The notes below the pieces were generated by a model. The model did no database searches. It saw nothing but the letters and a program-made list of their open reading frames with translations, and was not told the origin of the DNA. Position numbers and translations under genes: made by a program. A stretch of 64,000 bases of DNA, from the NCBI RefSeq assembly GCF_004353825.1, contig NZ_SMNA01000014.1, positions 62,001 to 126,000 of the forward strand. The letters are read 5' to 3'. Position 1 is the first letter of the stretch. The number at the start of each line of letters is the position of its first letter. The stretch comes from Occultella glacieicola. Its GTDB lineage: Bacteria; Actinomycetota; Actinomycetes; Actinomycetales; Beutenbergiaceae. Of the stretch, positions 62,172 to 64,000 are shown piece after piece.

Positions 62172-62307
62172 ACCCCGGGATACGGTGGGGAAGACCCACC
62201 CGCTAGCCGGACGGGCCTGATGCTGACAACGTCCCGCGGTCCCACACAGGGACCGCGGTGATTACCGCGGCACGGAGACACCGCGCCGCACCGACCGGGA
62301 GGACCAC

Positions 62308-62931
62308 ATGGCTCAGTACACGCTTCCAGACCTGCCGTACGACTACGCCGCACTCGAGCCCCACATCTCGGGCAAGATCATGCAGCTGCACCATGACAAG
62401 CACCACGCCGCCTACGTGACCGGCGCGAACACCGCGCTCGAGAAGCTCGCCGAGGCGCGCGAGAAGGACGACTTCGCCGCAGTGAACCTGCACGAGAAGA
62501 ACCTCGCGTTCCACCTCGGTGGGCACATCAACCACACCGTGTTCTGGAACAACCTCTCCCCCGAGGGCGGCGGCCAGCCGGACGGCGAACTCGCGGCGGC
62601 CATCACCGACCAGTTCGGTACCTTCGAGGCGTTCCAGGCCCAGTTCGGCGCGAACGCCAACGCGATCCAGGGCTCCGGCTGGTCCGTGCTCGCGTGGGAC
62701 AGCCTCGGTCAGCGGCTGGCCATCTTCCAGCTCTTCGACCAGCAGGGCAACATCCCGGTCGGGATCATCCCGCTGCTCATGCTGGACATGTGGGAGCACG
62801 CGTTCTACCTGGACTACCTGAACGTCAAGGCGGACTACGTCAAGGCGTTCTGGAACATCGCGAACTGGCAGGACGTCGCGGCCCGCTTCGAGCGCGCCCG
62901 CACCCAGACGGCAGGCCTGATCGTCCCCTGA
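62308..62931 (+). CDS. sodA: Fe/Mn superoxide dismutase
   Basis: [31 protein letters not shown] and [17 protein letters not shown]. Confidence 0.96.
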   Translation: MAQYTLPDLPYDYAALEPHISGKIMQLHHDKHHAAYVTGANTALEKLAEAREKDDFAAVNLHEKNLAFHLGGHINHTVFWNNLSPEGGGQPDGELAAAITDQFGTFEAFQAQFGANANAIQGSGWSVLAWDSLGQRLAIFQLFDQQGNIPVGIIPLLMLDMWEHAFYLDYLNVKADYVKAFWNIANWQDVAARFERARTQTAGLIVP

Positions 62932-62949
62932 CGGTCATCTCCGGAACAA

Positions 62950-62986
62950 ACAGCGGGCCCGCACCTGTCAGGTGCGGGCCCGCTGT
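62950..62986. terminator. Bidirectional terminator between convergent sodA and ctaF
   Basis: Perfect 18-bp inverted repeat ACAGCGGGCCCGCACCTG-T-CAGGTGCGGGCCCGCTGT. Confidence 0.8.
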
Positions 62987-63002
62987 CTTGTCCCAGTCGG
63001 AC

Positions 63003-63446
63003 TCAGTGGGCGTGCTGGCCCCGGTTGAACTCGAGGACCTGGCCGACCAGACCGATCACGCCGAGCACTGCGCCGATGCCCGCGAGCCACCAGCCGGCGG
63101 CCGCACCGAGGAACACCAGGGCGGCGGCGATGCCGAGCACCAGGGGCCACCAGCTCCATGGGGAGAACACGCCGTAGTCGGAGTCGGCCGTGATCTCCGC
63201 GCGCGGGTCGTCCTCGGGGCGTTCGTCGATCCGGGAACCCACCCGCCAGAGGTAGACGCCGACCATGCCCCACATCGCGCAGATCAAGCCGAGGGCCGTG
63301 GTGCCGATCGGCTCCCACGACGACCAGAACCCGTACAGCAGGACCACCGGCACGAAGAACAGCAGGCCGAGGAGGAAGAACCACTTCTCCACCCCGAGCG
63401 GCGACCCCTTCTTGGGGCCCGAGTGCGTCCTGACCTTCGCGCTCAT
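63003..63446 (-). CDS. ctaF: Cytochrome c oxidase subunit IV (actinobacterial CtaF)
   Basis: [23 protein letters not shown] and the C-terminal E..RGQHAH. Confidence 0.92.
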   Translation of the reverse strand: MSAKVRTHSGPKKGSPLGVEKWFFLLGLLFFVPVVLLYGFWSSWEPIGTTALGLICAMWGMVGVYLWRVGSRIDERPEDDPRAEITADSDYGVFSPWSWWPLVLGIAAALVFLGAAAGWWLAGIGAVLGVIGLVGQVLEFNRGQHAH

Positions 63447-64000
63447 CGATCGTCACCTTCCTGCCGTGCGGCCCGCTGCTGCGTCTCGGCCTGGTGGCCG
63501 GCCATGTCGGGCTCACCGTAGATCTGGTCGAGGATGTCCTTGTCCGGCTCGGCGTGGTCGAGCGCGGCCACCTCCGGGTGGTGCAGGTCGAACGCGGGGC
63601 GCTCGGACCGGATCCGGGGCAGGGCGGTGAAGTTGTGCCGCGGCGGCGGGGACGAGGTGGCCCACTCGAGCGAGGCACCGTAGCCCCACGGGTCGTCCAC
63701 GGTGACCTTCGGCGCGCTCCGCCAGGTCTTGTAGACGTTCCACAGGAACGGGAGCGTGGACAGCGCGAGCAGCACCGCGGAGACCGTCGAGATCTGGTTG
63801 AAGATCACGAAGTCCGGCTCCGGGAGGTAGTCCGGGACCCGTCGCTGCATGCCGAGCACGCCCAGCCAGTGCTGGATCAGGAACGTGCCGTGGAAGCCGA
63901 AGAACAGCAGCCAGAAATGCAGCTTGCCGAGCCTGTCGTCGAGCATCCGGCCCGTGAACTTGGGCCACCAGAAGTAGAACCCGGCGAACATCGCGAACAC
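63443..64000 (-). CDS. ctaD: Cytochrome c oxidase subunit I, C-terminal part (5' outside window)
   Basis: [33 protein letters not shown] and [17 protein letters not shown]. Confidence 0.95.
   Translation of the reverse strand: MFAMFAGFYFWWPKFTGRMLDDRLGKLHFWLLFFGFHGTFLIQHWLGVLGMQRRVPDYLPEPDFVIFNQISTVSAVLLALSTLPFLWNVYKTWRSAPKVTVDDPWGYGASLEWATSSPPPRHNFTALPRIRSERPAFDLHHPEVAALDHAEPDKDILDQIYGEPDMAGHQAETQQRAARQEGDDR

Overview
High-GC actinobacterial chromosome segment; gene order suggests Micrococcales (inference). It is almost entirely core genome, and I found no rRNA, tRNA, CRISPR array, integrase, transposase, prophage or defence island. About 57 CDSs are supported, in order: GuaB1-family C-terminus, lipoprotein serpin, S9 peptidase, acnA, P-type ATPase, TRAM rRNA methyltransferase, KimA-like APC permease, two TrkA/RCK genes, the DUF3159-OB-DUF3710-dut-DUF3093-DUF4193-sepH block, tdk-phosphodiesterase-DUF5998-Pat acetyltransferase, topoisomerase IV parC/parE enclosing two paralogous GNATs and a YhhN gene, ferritin, the principal sigma factor, gcvTHP, USP, DUF4192, polyprenyl synthase, Rv2175c-like protein, LysM transglycosylase, PASTA kinase, class II DAHP synthase, PPi-PFK, acyl-CoA ligase, DEDD/GIY-YIG nuclease, trpD, ctaE-qcrCAB, sodA, ctaF and the ctaD end. 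The best-supported non-coding signals are a TamR-type palindrome before acnA, SigR/SigH-type promoters before DUF4193 and sigA, an exact PafBC-type promoter before the nuclease, a phased GTCAC array before the LysM gene, a structured sodA leader, VNTRs and many probable leaderless starts. The most promising poorly characterised modules are the parE-coupled GNAT-GNAT-YhhN operon, the Pat-DUF5998-phosphodiesterase-tdk operon and the sodA leader. All three are hypotheses; novelty cannot be established without database searches. Starts were refined by eye from the ORF track.
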